Positions 26,712 through 40,399 of a stretch of DNA of 64,000 nucleotides are shown in pieces. Under the pieces are notes generated by a model. The model was not told the DNA's origin, did no database searches, and saw nothing but the letters and a program-made list of their open reading frames with translations. The translations under genes and the position numbers were made by a program. Source of the DNA: the human T2T-CHM13v2.0 reference genome, Homo sapiens. The stretch lies in the NCBI RefSeq assembly GCF_009914755.1, contig NC_060933.1; one strand, given 5' to 3'. Every line of letters starts with the position of its first letter. Within the stretch, counting starts at the first letter, position 1.

Positions 26712-27300
26712 TATATATCAGGTAGGGTTCAATCACAGAAGCAGAACTACAAGGACGTATTTGTTATAGGGATTTGACTCTGCCCCATTATAGGACTGGT
26801 TAAACAGTTTCTATAAGGCCATTGTCTCATGATAAAATAAATGTAAATTGAGAAGAGCAAGGACAAGCTGAAATCTTTGAGCACGAGATGAAATCCATGA
26901 GAATGATCTGAAATCCAGGTTGGTTCTCATCGCCTCCAACTAATAGTGTTCTGCAGGAGAAGCTGGTGACCTTTATCTCAGAGCTAAACACATACCAGAC
27001 CAAAAAGTGGGAGAAGTTGAAGGAGGATGCAGGAAAAGGTAGAATAGTTGCAGCCTTGGTTGCTACCTTACACCAAGAAGGTAAACTGACAGATGACTGA
27101 GAACATGCGTAAGCTACTAAAGTACTTGCCCAGACTGTTGTTGGAGCATAAAACCCCAAATGGTCACTGCTTCTCTTCTGCTCTCCAAATTTCAAACGAT
27201 TATGTCTTTTGCGGAAAATCCTAACCTAAAACATAGAGGGAAGGGGATTCTGGGAAAGTAATTCAGCCTGGATAACTTGACAAATTACAAAGCAACCACA
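26712..27300 (-). mobile_element. ERVL LTR (MLT2E/F-like), probable 5' LTR of the adjacent internal remnant
   Basis: gtagggttcaatcacagaagcagaac...gggattctgggaaa...acttgacaaattacaaagcaaccaca. Confidence 0.6.
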
Positions 27301-27648
27301 AGTCCCACATTTGAGGTGATCCTTTTATTTATATAGAGGAAAACATCTAATTTTTTCAAATGTTTGCAACTTTATTTCGCAGTTAATAATCCATGGCCGG
27401 GAATAATTGTAGTATCTAAAGTTTGGTGGGCATTGACGTAAAGGCTCCAGAACAGATTAGGTGGAGAGATGCCAATGTGAGTCTAAATTACAAGGTTCAA
27501 ATAAAATAGCATATACTAGCCTGTATCTCCAGTTATTTGGCATGAAATATGTACTCATCAAATATTACTTAGCTTCTACACTGATGAAATGTCTGCCCCA
27601 GCTCTTTCACTTCTAACTTTAAAAGTTGTGTTAATCCATGTATTTCTT

Positions 27649-27972
27649 TCTTTCTTTTTTTCTTTTTTTTTTTTTTTTTTTTTGAGACGGAGTCTCGCTG
27701 TCACCCAGGCTAGAGAGTAGTGGTGCAATCTTGGCTTACTGCGACCTCCGCCACCTGGGTTCAAGCGATTCTCTTCCCACAGCCTCCCAAGTAGCTGGGA
27801 TTACAGGTGCCCGCCACCACACCCAGCTAATTTTGGTATTTTTAGTAGAGACGGGGTTTCGCCATGTTAGCCATGGTCGGCCAGGCTGGTCTTGAACTCC
27901 TGACCTCAGATGATCCACCTGTCTCGGCCTCCCAAAGTGCTGGGATTACAACTGTGAGCCACGTGCCTGGCT
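27649..27972 (-). mobile_element. AluSx
   Basis: TSD catgtatttctt at 27637 and 27973. Confidence 0.96.
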
Positions 27973-29156
27973 CATGTATTTCTTATTTATTGCTTGGCTT
28001 TCTTAGCCATCTTATGGGTCTCTGTTGACCTTCCGGGATTTGTGTGGTTATGAAAAGCAAAGCAAAACAAATCATTTGAAAGGGCAGTATACACTGAATA
28101 ACATTTTATGAATGGAAAAACTGTTATAATTATCAAATTGTACTTGTTTCAAAGTTAATTTGATAACTAATTAAAAACCATCTGTATCTTATCAATGGAG
28201 AGACATTTCCTTTTGTAATCTGTTGGGATGACACTGAAAGGATGCAGCAAAGTAGTTGTTATTCTTACCTCTCTCAAAGAAATAGGGACACATGAAAGAC
28301 ACGTAATAAGCTTTACTATGTGAGGTAGCATATGAAAATGGATGACTAAATACTTCTTTAATCTTTGAAAGAGAGATAGAGGCCATGAGAACTAACAATT
28401 GCATTATGTTTCTATGGAACTCTTGTTTTTTTTCTTGTTGTTTTTCTTTTTTTCCTTAAAGCTACCAATGCCTGTGAAGTTCCCATCTGCTAGATACATT
28501 GAAAGCACTGGTTCTCCTTCATGCACCAAGAGAATAGGGTTTAAAGCTAAACAGGCATGGCTGGAAATACCTCTCCCACTACTTCAGTATCAGTGTGGTC
28601 TGAGTGGGCTCCAGACATAGACTGATTATCCATCCTGTCCATACTGTGAAAACTGGTCTTTACAGAGAGACAGATGTCTAGCTGCACATCTGATAGGATA
28701 AGTAACTCATGCAGGTGAGGCTGAATATCAGAAAGTATAAGAAAGGAAGCTATGCCCAATGTATACTTAAAAAAAAATAACTAGAACAGGTTGTTGAATG
28801 AATTCTTATTCAGTACCTAGCTGGCACTAGAAGTGATCAAAATAGAGATGGGTTCTCCTTTCAAGAAGTTTACCATCAATAAGGGAGAGGAGTCTGACCT
28901 TTCAGGAAAAACAAAGCAAAACAAGAATTCTTATTCTGGCTTGAGGTTTTATGTGGTAAGTGCAGACAATGCTAGATATTCTGGGCAGGGCTAGGAACAG
29001 TTATAAATCCGTGGTCAGAAGTGTGTTTTGCTCAACAAGCTCTGCTGTTTATTACTATGTACCCCTGAATTTCCTAACTTCAACAATGCTACCAGTAAAC
29101 TCTCACAAAATTGTTTGTGAAATACAAACTTTCAAATATATAAGATTATATATTTG

Positions 29157-29157
29157 G

Positions 29158-29192
<35 letters not shown>

Positions 29193-29477
29193 TTAGACAG
29201 AGGTTCACTCTGTCTCCCAGGCTGCATAGTGCAGTGGAGCGAACTCAGCTCACTGCAACCTCTGCCTCTCAGGTTCAAGGGATTCTCCTGCCTCAGGCTC
29301 CGGAGTAGCTGAGACTACAGGTGTCCACCACCACGCCAGGCTAATTTTTGTATTTTTAGTAGAGACAGGATTTCTCCATGTTGGCCAGGCTGGTCCCAAA
29401 CTCCTGACCTCAAGTAATCCGCCCACCTTGGCCCCCCAAAGTGCTGAGATTACAGGTGTGAGCCACCGCTCCTGGCC
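29157..29477 (-). mobile_element. AluS with (TTTA)n tail
   Basis: TSD attatatatttg at 29145 and 29481. Confidence 0.95.
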
Positions 29478-30329
29478 AACATTATATATTTGAAAGTTTG
29501 TATTTGTATATGTCTTCTCATTTTACAAGACACTTTTGGAACCTTTAGTTCTGTGACTTCCAAGAGAAGTTGGAGGAAGAGTAAATACATACACACACAC
29601 ACAAATACACACACACAAATCATCTTTTACGTCACGATATTTAAGGTATTTCAAATCTTAAAATTACATTGACAGAATGTTTGAGAATCTTATGTTCAAC
29701 CAATCAGAACTGGTTTAACAAAGGGTAAAAAACATTTTATTTATTCATGCAAAATAGCCCTGCAAATTAGGCTTTCAGAAATTATTTTCCCTATTTCACT
29801 GATGTAGCAATTAATGTTTGGAAAGATCAAGCAGCTTGTAAGCATTTGCCCAGAGACAGAGCTCCTGTTTCCAGGATGAAGCTCCAACACCTGATGTATA
29901 GGCATCATGGACCAAGTTGCAAAAGCTACATGAGAAGTCAGGGTAAGATTGCAGCAGGGTCTTGAGACCTCAACAAGATTTCAATGTGTAGACAGCAATA
30001 GAAGTCAAGGGCATTTGTGGTTGTTAGTAAAGGTAGTTATGTGAGATTTATCCAGCTTGTTAATTCTTATGCAAAAAGAGGGAGTGTGAATTGACATATT
30101 TAATTAGTGGTTTTATTGTTCTATTTTATTTTCATACATTTTTGGTTGGATGGCAATTTGCAGAGACCTCTAAAAATGTATGCAAAGCCAGACACTAGGA
30201 CAGCTGGGAAGTTCCAAATGGGAAAGGAATTCAATCATCTTCTCAATCTTTCATAGAAATTCATGGTTTAGCAAAGCGCCATAACAAATATAAAGAGTCA
30301 GGAAAGCTTTTAGTGCCTTGATGATCACA

Positions 30330-30560
30330 GAGCCACAAGCCATAAGCACTCTGGCTCTATAGAGAATAAATCATTCAAGGAAAACTTGATTACTTTTTTG
30401 ATAGAATTAGGAGATTAGTTGTCAGAAGAAACGGTGTTGATGCAATGTATCTTGAATTTTAAGAAATCATGTCCATTGGGGAATTTTACATGAAAAATTA
30501 ATTTCAGTTAGGTTGAAGATAAGCCTTGTCAAGAAGGTAAAAATCACACTGATGTGCCAC
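30330..30560 (+). mobile_element. CR1/L3 LINE reverse-transcriptase relic
   Basis: 30365-30460 translates, with one frameshift, as NKSFKENLITF/DRIRRLVVRRNGVDAMYLEF, matching the CR1 RT motif KSCxTNLIxFxDxVTxLVDxGxxVDxxYLDF. Confidence 0.7.
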
Positions 30561-30716
30561 AAATTATATATGTTATAAGAGAGACAGACAGAGAAGTATA
30601 AAATTAATATTAATATTAATCAAAACCAGGAATGTATTAAGGAACTAGGGGACTTTTCAGTCAGTGTGTTCTGCTGCTGAAGGCTTCTTACAGCTGTCAT
30701 CAAAAGTACAATTTCT

Positions 30717-31009
<293 letters not shown>

Positions 31010-31289
31010 TTAATTAATTAATTAAAATAGCAATTTTTAAAGATTCTAACATTTAAAAACATACATTGTACATTATTGTAAGAGATAGAGAGACCTTAAT
31101 ATATTATTTTGACTTGACTTCTAACTTCAGTTAAGTTTATGACCTTATAGGTTAAGTGGCCAAGTGTCCTTTAGACAATCTTCAGTGTAACTTGTAGAAG
31201 TGTAGCCAGCAGAACTAAGAACAGATGTTGAGTTAGGAAAACCTTACTTCAAATAAAGATTTTAACACTTATTATTTGACTTTTCTTTC

Positions 31290-31791
31290 ATCAAAAGGTT
31301 AAGTCAAATTTTTTTCCCTTGAAGAGGTCCCAACCTTAATGACTCACTAGTAATCTATGGAATATGATAAATTTGACACTGTATGACTTCTGAGGCTGGG
31401 TCACATAAGGTGATACAGTTTTCACCCAACTCTCTCTGAGAGCATGCACCACTGGAGTCTCAAGCCCCATGCAAGAAGTTTGAAGACCCGGAAGCTACCA
31501 TGCTGGAGAGAGCACTTAAAACTACAGAGAGATACCCTGGGAGACCCATCTGTTTCAGTCTTCAGCTGATTGTGTCTTCTCAGCCCAGGGGCCTGGTAAG
31601 TCAGTGGAGAAGCCTTAGAAATGATCACAGCCTTAGCCAATCTTTGGCTGACTTAAACTGCATGCCAAACCCAGGGAAAAACCACCTACCTGAGCCCAGT
31701 CAACTGCCAATATCATGAGAGATAATAAATGTTCTTGTTCTATGCTACCAAATTTGGGATGATAAACTATCCAGCAGAAATAACTAATCCA
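31290..31791 (+). mobile_element. MaLR LTR, MLT1G/H-like
   Basis: tgacttctgaggctgggtc...cctacctgagcccagtcaac...gcagaaataactaa. Confidence 0.75.
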
Positions 31792-32057
31792 GCGTCTGTA
31801 TGACCATGGGCACTTTTCCTATGTTTCAAATTCACATTATAATCATACCTACTTGATGAGTTATTTTAAATATTAATTGAGATAATCTTAGAATGATGCC
31901 TACCAATAGTTTTGAACATTTGTAGCTAGTAAAAATATTAGTATTCATCATATTATTAAAGGTAGTGTTACAGTAAAGGCAGGAGGATAGCAGTAAATAT
32001 TATATTAAGGGATTTAGAAAACCCTTTTAGGATTTATTCCACCAAGTAAGAAGACCT

Positions 32058-32752
32058 TGTAGGGTCCAAGGGGAAACTTTCCATTCATCCTTTGAAGGTT
32101 TGCTGAAAATCAACTGACAAAAAGCAGATTGATAATGTAAAAGATATACAAATTTCTTTGATTATAGTGTTATATGACACAGGGACCTTTGGAGTGAAGA
32201 CTCAAAGGTACAGGGGAGACTTTCCATCTTTATGCTTGAAGACTCAAAGGTACAGGGGAAACTCCATCTTTATGCTTTGGATCAATGAAGCATGGACAGC
32301 CCATGCAGAAATATGATTAGATAAGAGTAGAGATCCAATGCTGATAGCCTAAGTGGAGAAACCCAGCAAGCCCTGTCTGTTTAGATTCCTCTTGGCCTGT
32401 CTGTGCAGCACTGCTTCCTTCTGGGTTTGGGATAGGCCCTTCTCTGGAATAAAGGTCTTATGACCTATAATCAAACAAAATAGGTCAGATAATTTGTATA
32501 TGGCCAGATTTTATGCAAAAAGGCAGGGGAGAGCTACAGTCATACTTTGGGGTTTTACAGCTGTCTTGAGGGAAAACGGGTTCTGTTTCTATAACCCTCC
32601 CTGGAGAAGAGGGATTCTAGTTTCTATGGCCAGCCTCAGGGGATTCACAGAGGCCAGAGACAAGGGGTCAGAAGAAGGTCAGATAGAAACTTTTGCTTCT
32701 GAGGCTGCTTCACAGGTCTTCATTTTGGGGTATGGTTTTCTAGGCCCCAACA
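32058..32752 (-). mobile_element. ERV1 solo LTR, MER39-like
   Basis: TG...CA termini; minus 5' end TGTTGGGGCCTAGAAAACCATACCCCAAAATGAAG; 4-bp TSD acct/gcct. Confidence 0.8.
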
Positions 32753-34024
32753 GCCTCTTTAATAGGCAAACTTACTCTGACATGCCTATAAACCATTTCA
32801 ATCTAGATCTTTCCAACTTAAATTAATGTATCACCTGCATTTTCCTACAAAACTTTTTGTACTCTTATAAAACTTATCACAATGTTTCAACTTTGTTCTC
32901 TGAGGAAAAATGCATGGGTAAGATTCTATCATGACCCCATTATGATTAGGTATTGTGAAATCTCAAGCCACACCCTATTAGTCACCACTCCCCAAAGAGT
33001 TCTGGAAGATGCTACAGACAGAAAGGACAATACAAGTGTAAATAAAAATTGCTTCATTAATAGCTTAGCAGACGCCCAGTAATTCTTGACTAGTTATGCC
33101 TAACATCAAATAAGAACCCCCTCAATTTTAGAAATGCCATGCTTAGCTCATGCCCATGGGAAGAAAACAACCTCTTAATCTACTTACACAACCAATTCCT
33201 TGACTTGAAAGGAAAAGATGTGAGGTGAGCAATCTTCCCCCAGGGCAGACTATACCAAAGGCCGAAAAAGCAATGCAATCATAGAAAACTGGGATGCTTC
33301 ATTTAAGGAAAAATAAACCTGTCTTCTAAGGCAAAGACCAATGTATACCCTGAGCTTATACTAAGCAGAAAAAGCAACACCTCTTCCCTTAAGAGAGACT
33401 TAAGCAGGGGGTGGGAGGATCTGGGCTTGACAGGAAGAGTAGGCAAAATATTTCACTTCTTGACGATGGGACCAGGTGATTCTCTCTGAATTACGTTGAA
33501 GAAGCCTGTGCAGTTTCTGTTGGATGAAATTAACTTTGTTGTTCTGCTCACAAGTTAATTTTCCAAGGGATCAATATAGCCGATTCAAGCTGCACATAAA
33601 AAAGGACAGATACATCTGGGGTGACTTGCTATGAAACCGTTCCCAATGGTAGCACTATCAGTTAAATGTGGCCACTGATCTAATGAGACTCTCGCTGCAG
33701 ATGGCATAGATACTAATTGTATTTTTAAAGTGGAGGGAGGTGATGGTAATTTAAGCCCAGATTCTGTCCCTAACAATGAGTTATTCTTCTACTTCCCAAA
33801 AATATTTACTACAGTCCAACCCAGATTCTTGGGCCTAGAGTGAATGTATTGTCAAGGGACAATATCTAGGGTATTTATTCCCTTTTGTTTTGTTTGTATT
33901 TTTAAAATAAAACTTTATAACTTCATAAACAAAGATCTCTTAGGCCTGTCCCTTCTTTGGAGCTTAAAGACCTATCTAGCATAATTTATGAGCTTATTTC
34001 TTTCCCTAAAAAATGAGTGACTGG

Positions 34025-34324
34025 GGCCGGGCGTGGTGGATCAAGCCTATAATCCCAGAACTTTGAGAGGCTAAGGCTCGCGGATCACAAGGTCAGGAGA
34101 TCAAGACCATCCTGGCCAACATGGTGAAACCCCGTCTCTACTAAAAATACAAAAATTAGCCGGGTGTGGCAGTGCGTGCCTGTAATCCCAGCTATTCAGG
34201 AGGCGGAGGCAGGAGAATTGCTTGGACCTAGGAGGCAGAGGCTGCAGTGAGCCAAGATCGCGCCACTGCACTTCAGCCTGGGCAACAGAGCGAGACTCCA
34301 TCTTAAAAAAAAAAAAAAAAAAAA
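34025..34324 (+). mobile_element. AluSc
   Basis: ggatcacaaggtcaggagatcaagaccatcctggccaac; TSD gagt(g/a)actg. Confidence 0.95.
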
Positions 34325-35235
34325 GAGTAACTGCAAGTTTGGTGTCTTATACTTTTTAAAATCAACTCTCTGTGAACCATAGCACCAAACTTAGTACCCT
34401 GCTTATATATGTTCCGTAAATTGGTTTGTAGTCCTCTTGTTCACTACCCAAAGAGCTAAAGTTTACTCCCATTCCATTCATATCTATTTCCTCCTATGTA
34501 TTTTATTATGCATGAATGCTGGAGACGAATCACTCTTGAGTATCTCTCACTGGTAGAAATCTCAAATTTCATTAGTTTTTTTTTTTTTTTTAACATGACT
34601 TTCTTCCTATCTTACAGGTCACACACACTGTTCCCTTGACCTCCAGTTAGTCCCCATCCTTCTAAGAATTCAGTGATAAAAAAAAACAGACATTATTTAA
34701 TAACAATCTGACAGAACTAAAGTAAAAGGCAAAGGTCATTTTCTTATGCTTGAATGACATTTATTTTATGTAATTTTAAACAATTTTACCAAAAGAACAT
34801 TGCATTGTAACATAATGTAAGTTCTGTAGTAATTTCTTTAGAAAATGGTAGACACATCAAAGAGCCTTCAATCACTAGAGTCCTCTCTGAATAAGTAGTG
34901 AACCATGCCTACTTCTGCAGATGATAACAGTGAATAGATTCTTATTTAAGAGCCCACACAGAGTGCCACAGATAGGTTATCCTTTTTGACAAAGAGTGTT
35001 TTAAAACAGGTCATTCTTAGAGAGATCTATTCTGGTTATGCTGCTCTAACCTTTGGAAACTTATGAATGAGGTTGGATATCTTTGGAGAATATAAATGTC
35101 ATGAATCAACCCTATACCAATTGTACATTATAACTTCCAAAATAGATGGTTCCAACTTGTGAAAGAGAATTGCAGAGGTTTAACTTTATAGAATGGGGAT
35201 TACTCTACCCAACTGTCATCCTAAAATTAATTTAT

Positions 35236-35633
35236 GCCTGCATGGTATTTTATGGTGTATATGTACCACATTTTCTTTATCCAGTCTATCACTGATGGGT
35301 GTTTAGGTCAACATCGTGTCCTTTGCAGGGCATGGGTGGATCTGGAGACCATTATCCTTAGCAAATGAACACAGGAAGAGAAAACCAAACACTACATGTT
35401 CTTACTTGTAAGCGGAAGCTAAATGATGGACACATGAACACATAGAGGGGAACGACACACACTGGGCCTTTCGGTGGGTGGGTGGGAGAGAGAGAATCAA
35501 GAAAAATAACTAATGGGTACTAGGCTTAATACCTGGGTAATAAGATAATCAGTACAACAAACCCCCATGACACAAGTTTACCTATGTAACAAACCTGCAC
35601 TTGTACCCCTGAACTTAAAATAAAAGTCAAAAG
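35236..35633 (+). mobile_element. Short L1PA15/16-like insertion with 5' inversion
   Basis: 35236-35308 antisense, 35309-35633 sense 3'UTR; TSD aaattaatttat at 35224 and 35634. Confidence 0.88.
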
Positions 35634-35714
35634 AAATTAATTTATATATTCAATGTACACTACTTTAAACATAGAGAAATACACATGTAGAGTTGTGTGG
35701 AAGATCACTGAAGA

Positions 35715-35900
35715 GGATCACAACATTTTAGAGTTAGATAGAACCTTGGAAAACTATCAAAACAATGACTGTTTAGGAGATGAGGAAACACAATTGCAAA
35801 GAAGTTAAGTCACATTGGAAATTAGTGGCAAAGCAGCAGCTAGAATTAATGCTTTACAGTCATAGGTTTAATATTTCTTCTTTCATGCCCTATTGCTCTT
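35715..35900 (+). mobile_element. MIR (MIR3/MIRc-like)
   Basis: ttttagagttagatagaaccttgga...gatgaggaaacac. Confidence 0.65.
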
Positions 35901-37520
35901 GTAATCCTTAGGAAGTCTCCCCATATTGTTATAACAGTGAATCCAGGGAGGTATCAAAAATAAAATGAATGCTGTTCATTGTTCCAGTTACAATATACAG
36001 TTTAATATCTTGCTTTCTCTAACCCAACAGTGGTCTTATCAGGACCCAGGAGGAAGTCAGGACATTTTATCCTTTCTCCACCTCAGCACCATCTTTGTAC
36101 CACTAGAAAATAAGGTCTGTCTCTCAAGGTGCTTACATACAGTACAATTATGCTTTCTGGAGTCCTTCTCTCAGTCCAGTTTTCCTTTTTTGGATAAACT
36201 AGTTTAAAGTAGCCCTGCTTAAAAAAAAGTCCCTACTTCCCAATAACCTTCTTTAGTCTTCCCCTTACCTTATGGTTTGTCTTCCAGGTCTTATCTCTTT
36301 GCATTTTCAAGACAATGGACACTGTTGTTTATTGAATCTGCATAAGAGGAGTAGGGATTGATATATCACTTATGCAAACATATGCCACTGGTGCTGCCTG
36401 TAATATAGCAGGGTTTCAAGGATAACATATTTCCATTTCTGCCACTCTGCATATTTCCCTTGGGGCTAGCTGGAAAGCTATGCTGTCTTTCAGTATATGA
36501 TAGACCTGAATTCTATTTTGGGTGCATAAAAATCAGAAATACTCTCCTGGGATTTGTTTATGTCATTACAGTGCCAAATTCTAAAAGGGAAATGGCATTT
36601 GATATCCATCCCTTACAGACATCAGGGGAATTTATTTTTCAGGGGCAAACACTCAGGCTATGGGAAGTGATTATATCCAAATACAAATGTTGTTAAAAAG
36701 AAACTTATCCGGTAGATTACATATCAAAACCATTTTCCAGGCTTCTTATTCCTTCTCCAGAAGAAACGTTTTAACAGGGAGTGTGGTCTGTGAGTAACAA
36801 TGCCTTTTGCAGCTGCCATCTATATACACTTTCTTCCTACCTTGGCCCACAGACTAACCCCATGCCTGATTGGTTTTCATGGTCATTCCATTCAGTGAGG
36901 TGATTTGTACAGATAAAATGGAAAATTGAAATGGAACTGGTGCTGGATACAACATCATCCACTTTTTCTATTTTGTCAGAATGCCTTGGCTGCTCATTTT
37001 TTCATGGCCATGAGTTGAAATGAATTAAACTTCCCAACGGCAAAATTTCTCTGAGATCAGATCGGAATATATTGATTAGCTCTTTGAGAGCTGATAGATT
37101 GGAAGCTCTTGCTTTATAAACACATTTACAAACACGCCTTAAGAAACAGTTGCTTAGCCCTGAGTAGACTGATTGTGTTTATTTAGAACTGCCAGGAAGG
37201 GCATACCTGCAACCCCTGATTTTAACCTATCAATTTTTTTGTCCTGGATCAATGGTGACAAGTGAAGTGTTGCTCCCTTTAGTGACTTCTAAGACCAGCT
37301 CAAGGCCGGCTTGCCCAATGAGGTGTAAACTAATCCATCAAAGTCTCAGAAACAACTTAGCTTGTCATAGAATACTGGAATATTAGAGCTTGAAGGGGCT
37401 TAAGACATCATCTCCTACAGCCTATGAAAAAATTCTGATGGCTTAATATATTCAGCTTACAAAGTAGATGTTTTTAGAGTCAATTTTAGAGTTAGAAAGA
37501 ATCTTGGCAATTTTCTATTC

Positions 37521-37840
37521 CAAGGCTTAGAAATTCAAATAACTATGGTTGCCAAATATGGGACCAAAGTAAGGGAAGTGAGTCTGATAGAAAGTGTTGG
37601 GAGTGGAGGACACAGACTCGCTCCAAATGAGGAAGGAACTCCCCTATTCCAGGGGACAATTTCAAGGAAGAATGTAGTTCGAGCATTGCTATTTAGACTG
37701 ATTTCTCAATATAGAACCTAGATATGTGGATATTATGTGACTAATTCCTTTTCTTTAAAAATTTGCAAAATAAAATCTCTGTAAAGGAAATGAAATTGAT
37801 GACTGAATTTAGTCTAAGAACCACCAGAATATGATCTCTT
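37521..37840. mobile_element. MER102-like hAT element within a MIR
   Basis: ttcaaataactatgg...gatttctcaatatagaacctagatatgtggatattatgtga...accaccag. Confidence 0.5.
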
Positions 37841-38289
37841 ATTTACCCATGATCTCATACTGGTGAGAAAAAATGAGATTCAGAACAATGAATAACATGA
37901 ATAAATGGCATAGCCAATACAACAACACAGATTTCCACATTACCAGTGGGCTATTTCACATATTACCTTGCCATGGAGAACATCTAGGAATTACAATCTT
38001 GTAGTGTACTCCAGGTGCTGAGAAGGAATTGTCAAACTTCAGGACTAGGAGGTTATGTAACCTAACTCCAAACTTTGCTTCAAATAGCTGAGAGCTCATT
38101 TTCTGAATTGGCTTTTCTAAGTTCACACTGAACGTGAGGAAAGTGGAGACTAGCCTGGTCTAATGCTGTTTCATTTCCAGGGAATGGGTTCTTATGTTGA
38201 GACTTTCCAGACCTGTATCAAGCCAAGGTATTTAGAATGATGACTACAAAGCCCTGATGATCCTTAGATCTGAAGCAAGATATTTTCAG

Positions 38290-38790
38290 GTTTGTTCAAC
38301 TTAGGAAGGCAAGGTATTTGTAACAGAAATACTTGTCACTATTATTAATAGAACAAATGAAACAAATGATACACCTTGGCTTAAGCAAATTGGTACTCTG
38401 ATTATTTTATTTTATATTACATAATAAACATCTAGAGGTAGGAAGTTGTTGACATTGATTCACCATCTCAACAATATCAGGGCTGTTATCTGTGTGATCA
38501 CCCTGGTCTTTCTCTCATGGTCATTGATGGGCATTGTAGTTTCTGGTATCACAGAAACATTCAAGGGTAAAAGATGGTGCCCTCCTATCTATCCTTTCCT
38601 TTTAATTAGGAAACCAAAAGTTTTCCAAGACATTCTCCTAACAGGTGTCTACCTCCATCTTGTTGACTTTAACTGTGCATATGACCATGCTAGCTGTAAG
38701 GGAGGCTGTATTTGCTTCTACTGGAGACTGAAAGTTGACATGAGGTTTGAGAGTGGATGTGAGGTAAATGAAACTGCAGTGGCTTCCACA
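38290..38790 (-). mobile_element. Old MaLR LTR (MLT1K/L-like)
   Basis: gtaacagaaa...ggcttaagcaaa...catctagaggtagg...ctagctgtaagggaggctg. Confidence 0.6.
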
Positions 38791-40399
38791 GAAAGGAACA
38801 CTGACCATTTAGGAATAGTTAGAATCGGGCTTGAGATATGAAAGTTTTGGGCCTTCACTCCACATTATAACCAGAATGCTCTATGCTGCAAGAATTCTGA
38901 GTGAAATAAAGATTGATTGCATATCTTCCTGATCCTTAAGACTGTGTCCTCTTATGCTATCATGTAACTACTTGCCAGATCATCTTCAGCTCTGCCCTAC
39001 TGAGCTACTTCCACCCTTCAGTGAAACGTATCCCTTCTAATGGCTTGGAGATGGTTATTGGATTCAGAGAAGAGAGAGTTATGATGCACGTCGGGAACAC
39101 TAGGGGAAAAGGAGATATGATTCTGCTCAGTTTCTGTTAGAGTAGAAAACATGCTGGATATCAAAGGGAAATTTATGTAATGTATTCTAGCATTGTTCGA
39201 GGTAGAGTATCATGTTTTATGCAAGCAGAGGCAGTTGGGGCATGCAGTGTGAGAACTCTGCTACATGCACTGAAACAAACGATAAAACAGCGAATGGACA
39301 ATAGGCAGAAAATAAACCCTGTTTTTTTATGGAAAGCATTCACAATCTCTACTCTAAACCAAGACTTCTTCATCTACCTCAGTAAGAGAGTCTTTTTAAA
39401 AGCTTGTAAAAAAACAAAAACAAAAACAAAAAACAAAACAAAACAAAAGAAATTCTATTGTTTTCTTAGATTGATTCTAAGTGAATAAGTACATAGCTCC
39501 TTTAAGAATCAAGGCTGTACGATTTAAGCAAACAGAGCAGCCTTTACTAAACAAATGGGAAGCGTACAGGAGGGAGATATAGTGGTGTAACATTTATGTC
39601 CTTTAAAAGGAAGTTCAGAGTAACTCAGAAACAACAAAATGAGAGAGAAGCCTCAGAAGACTAGGATTTCCAACTGAAAGTATATGGGATTGAGTGGAGG
39701 AAACTAAAAGTGGGAAGGGAAATGTAATTCTTGGAAGGATCAAAGAAGTTGTAAATAGGTGTATTAACACCTATATCTGCCAGAAGGAGCACTAATCTTG
39801 GGTTGTTGGGCAAAGCCAAGGATTTGTTGGGAGATCCTTTCTGGAAGATGGTGAACAGCTCTTGGACTGACAGAAGATTTCAGAATTTTGATCTTTGGTT
39901 GTTTATGTGTTGTTTTCTTTCACACAAGTGTGGTTTGTACGAACTACTCAAGGTACATGTACTTGGATTTTCAGCCAGATTTTAAGAGAATGCATTAAGG
40001 CATCTGCAGTATTTGTTGAGGTAGACATAATCAGATATTAAAATCAATTAAAACTTACATATAACTCATGCAGCATTACTTCTGTGCAAGCATCATGATA
40101 ACAACTTGCCCTTATGTGAATATGCATCACTGACTTTTTGGTCAATTAGTCCACACACAAATGAAACCAACTAGAAATCAAAGATGCTCTGATTCCATTT
40201 GGATCTTACAATAAGTGTTATATTTACATCACTGATTAGAAATATCTGACAAACTAGAAATAGCATTTAATGTGGATCATATGGAACAACACAGATCAAT
40301 TTTAAAATTAAAGTAGTTGATTAAAATAAAAATATAATCTTAAATATTATACTCATTAAATATTATCTACAAAGGGAAATAATTATGAAAAGAAATTCG

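Noticed and set aside
38446-38841. 131-aa ORF with a hydrophobic N-terminus
   Set aside because: Lies in a decayed MLT1 LTR, non-ATG start, no family resemblance
39957-39992. Peptide MYLDFQPDFKRM resembling the CR1 RT motif YLDFxKAFD
   Set aside because: Flanking codons do not extend the match; too short to call without an HMM search
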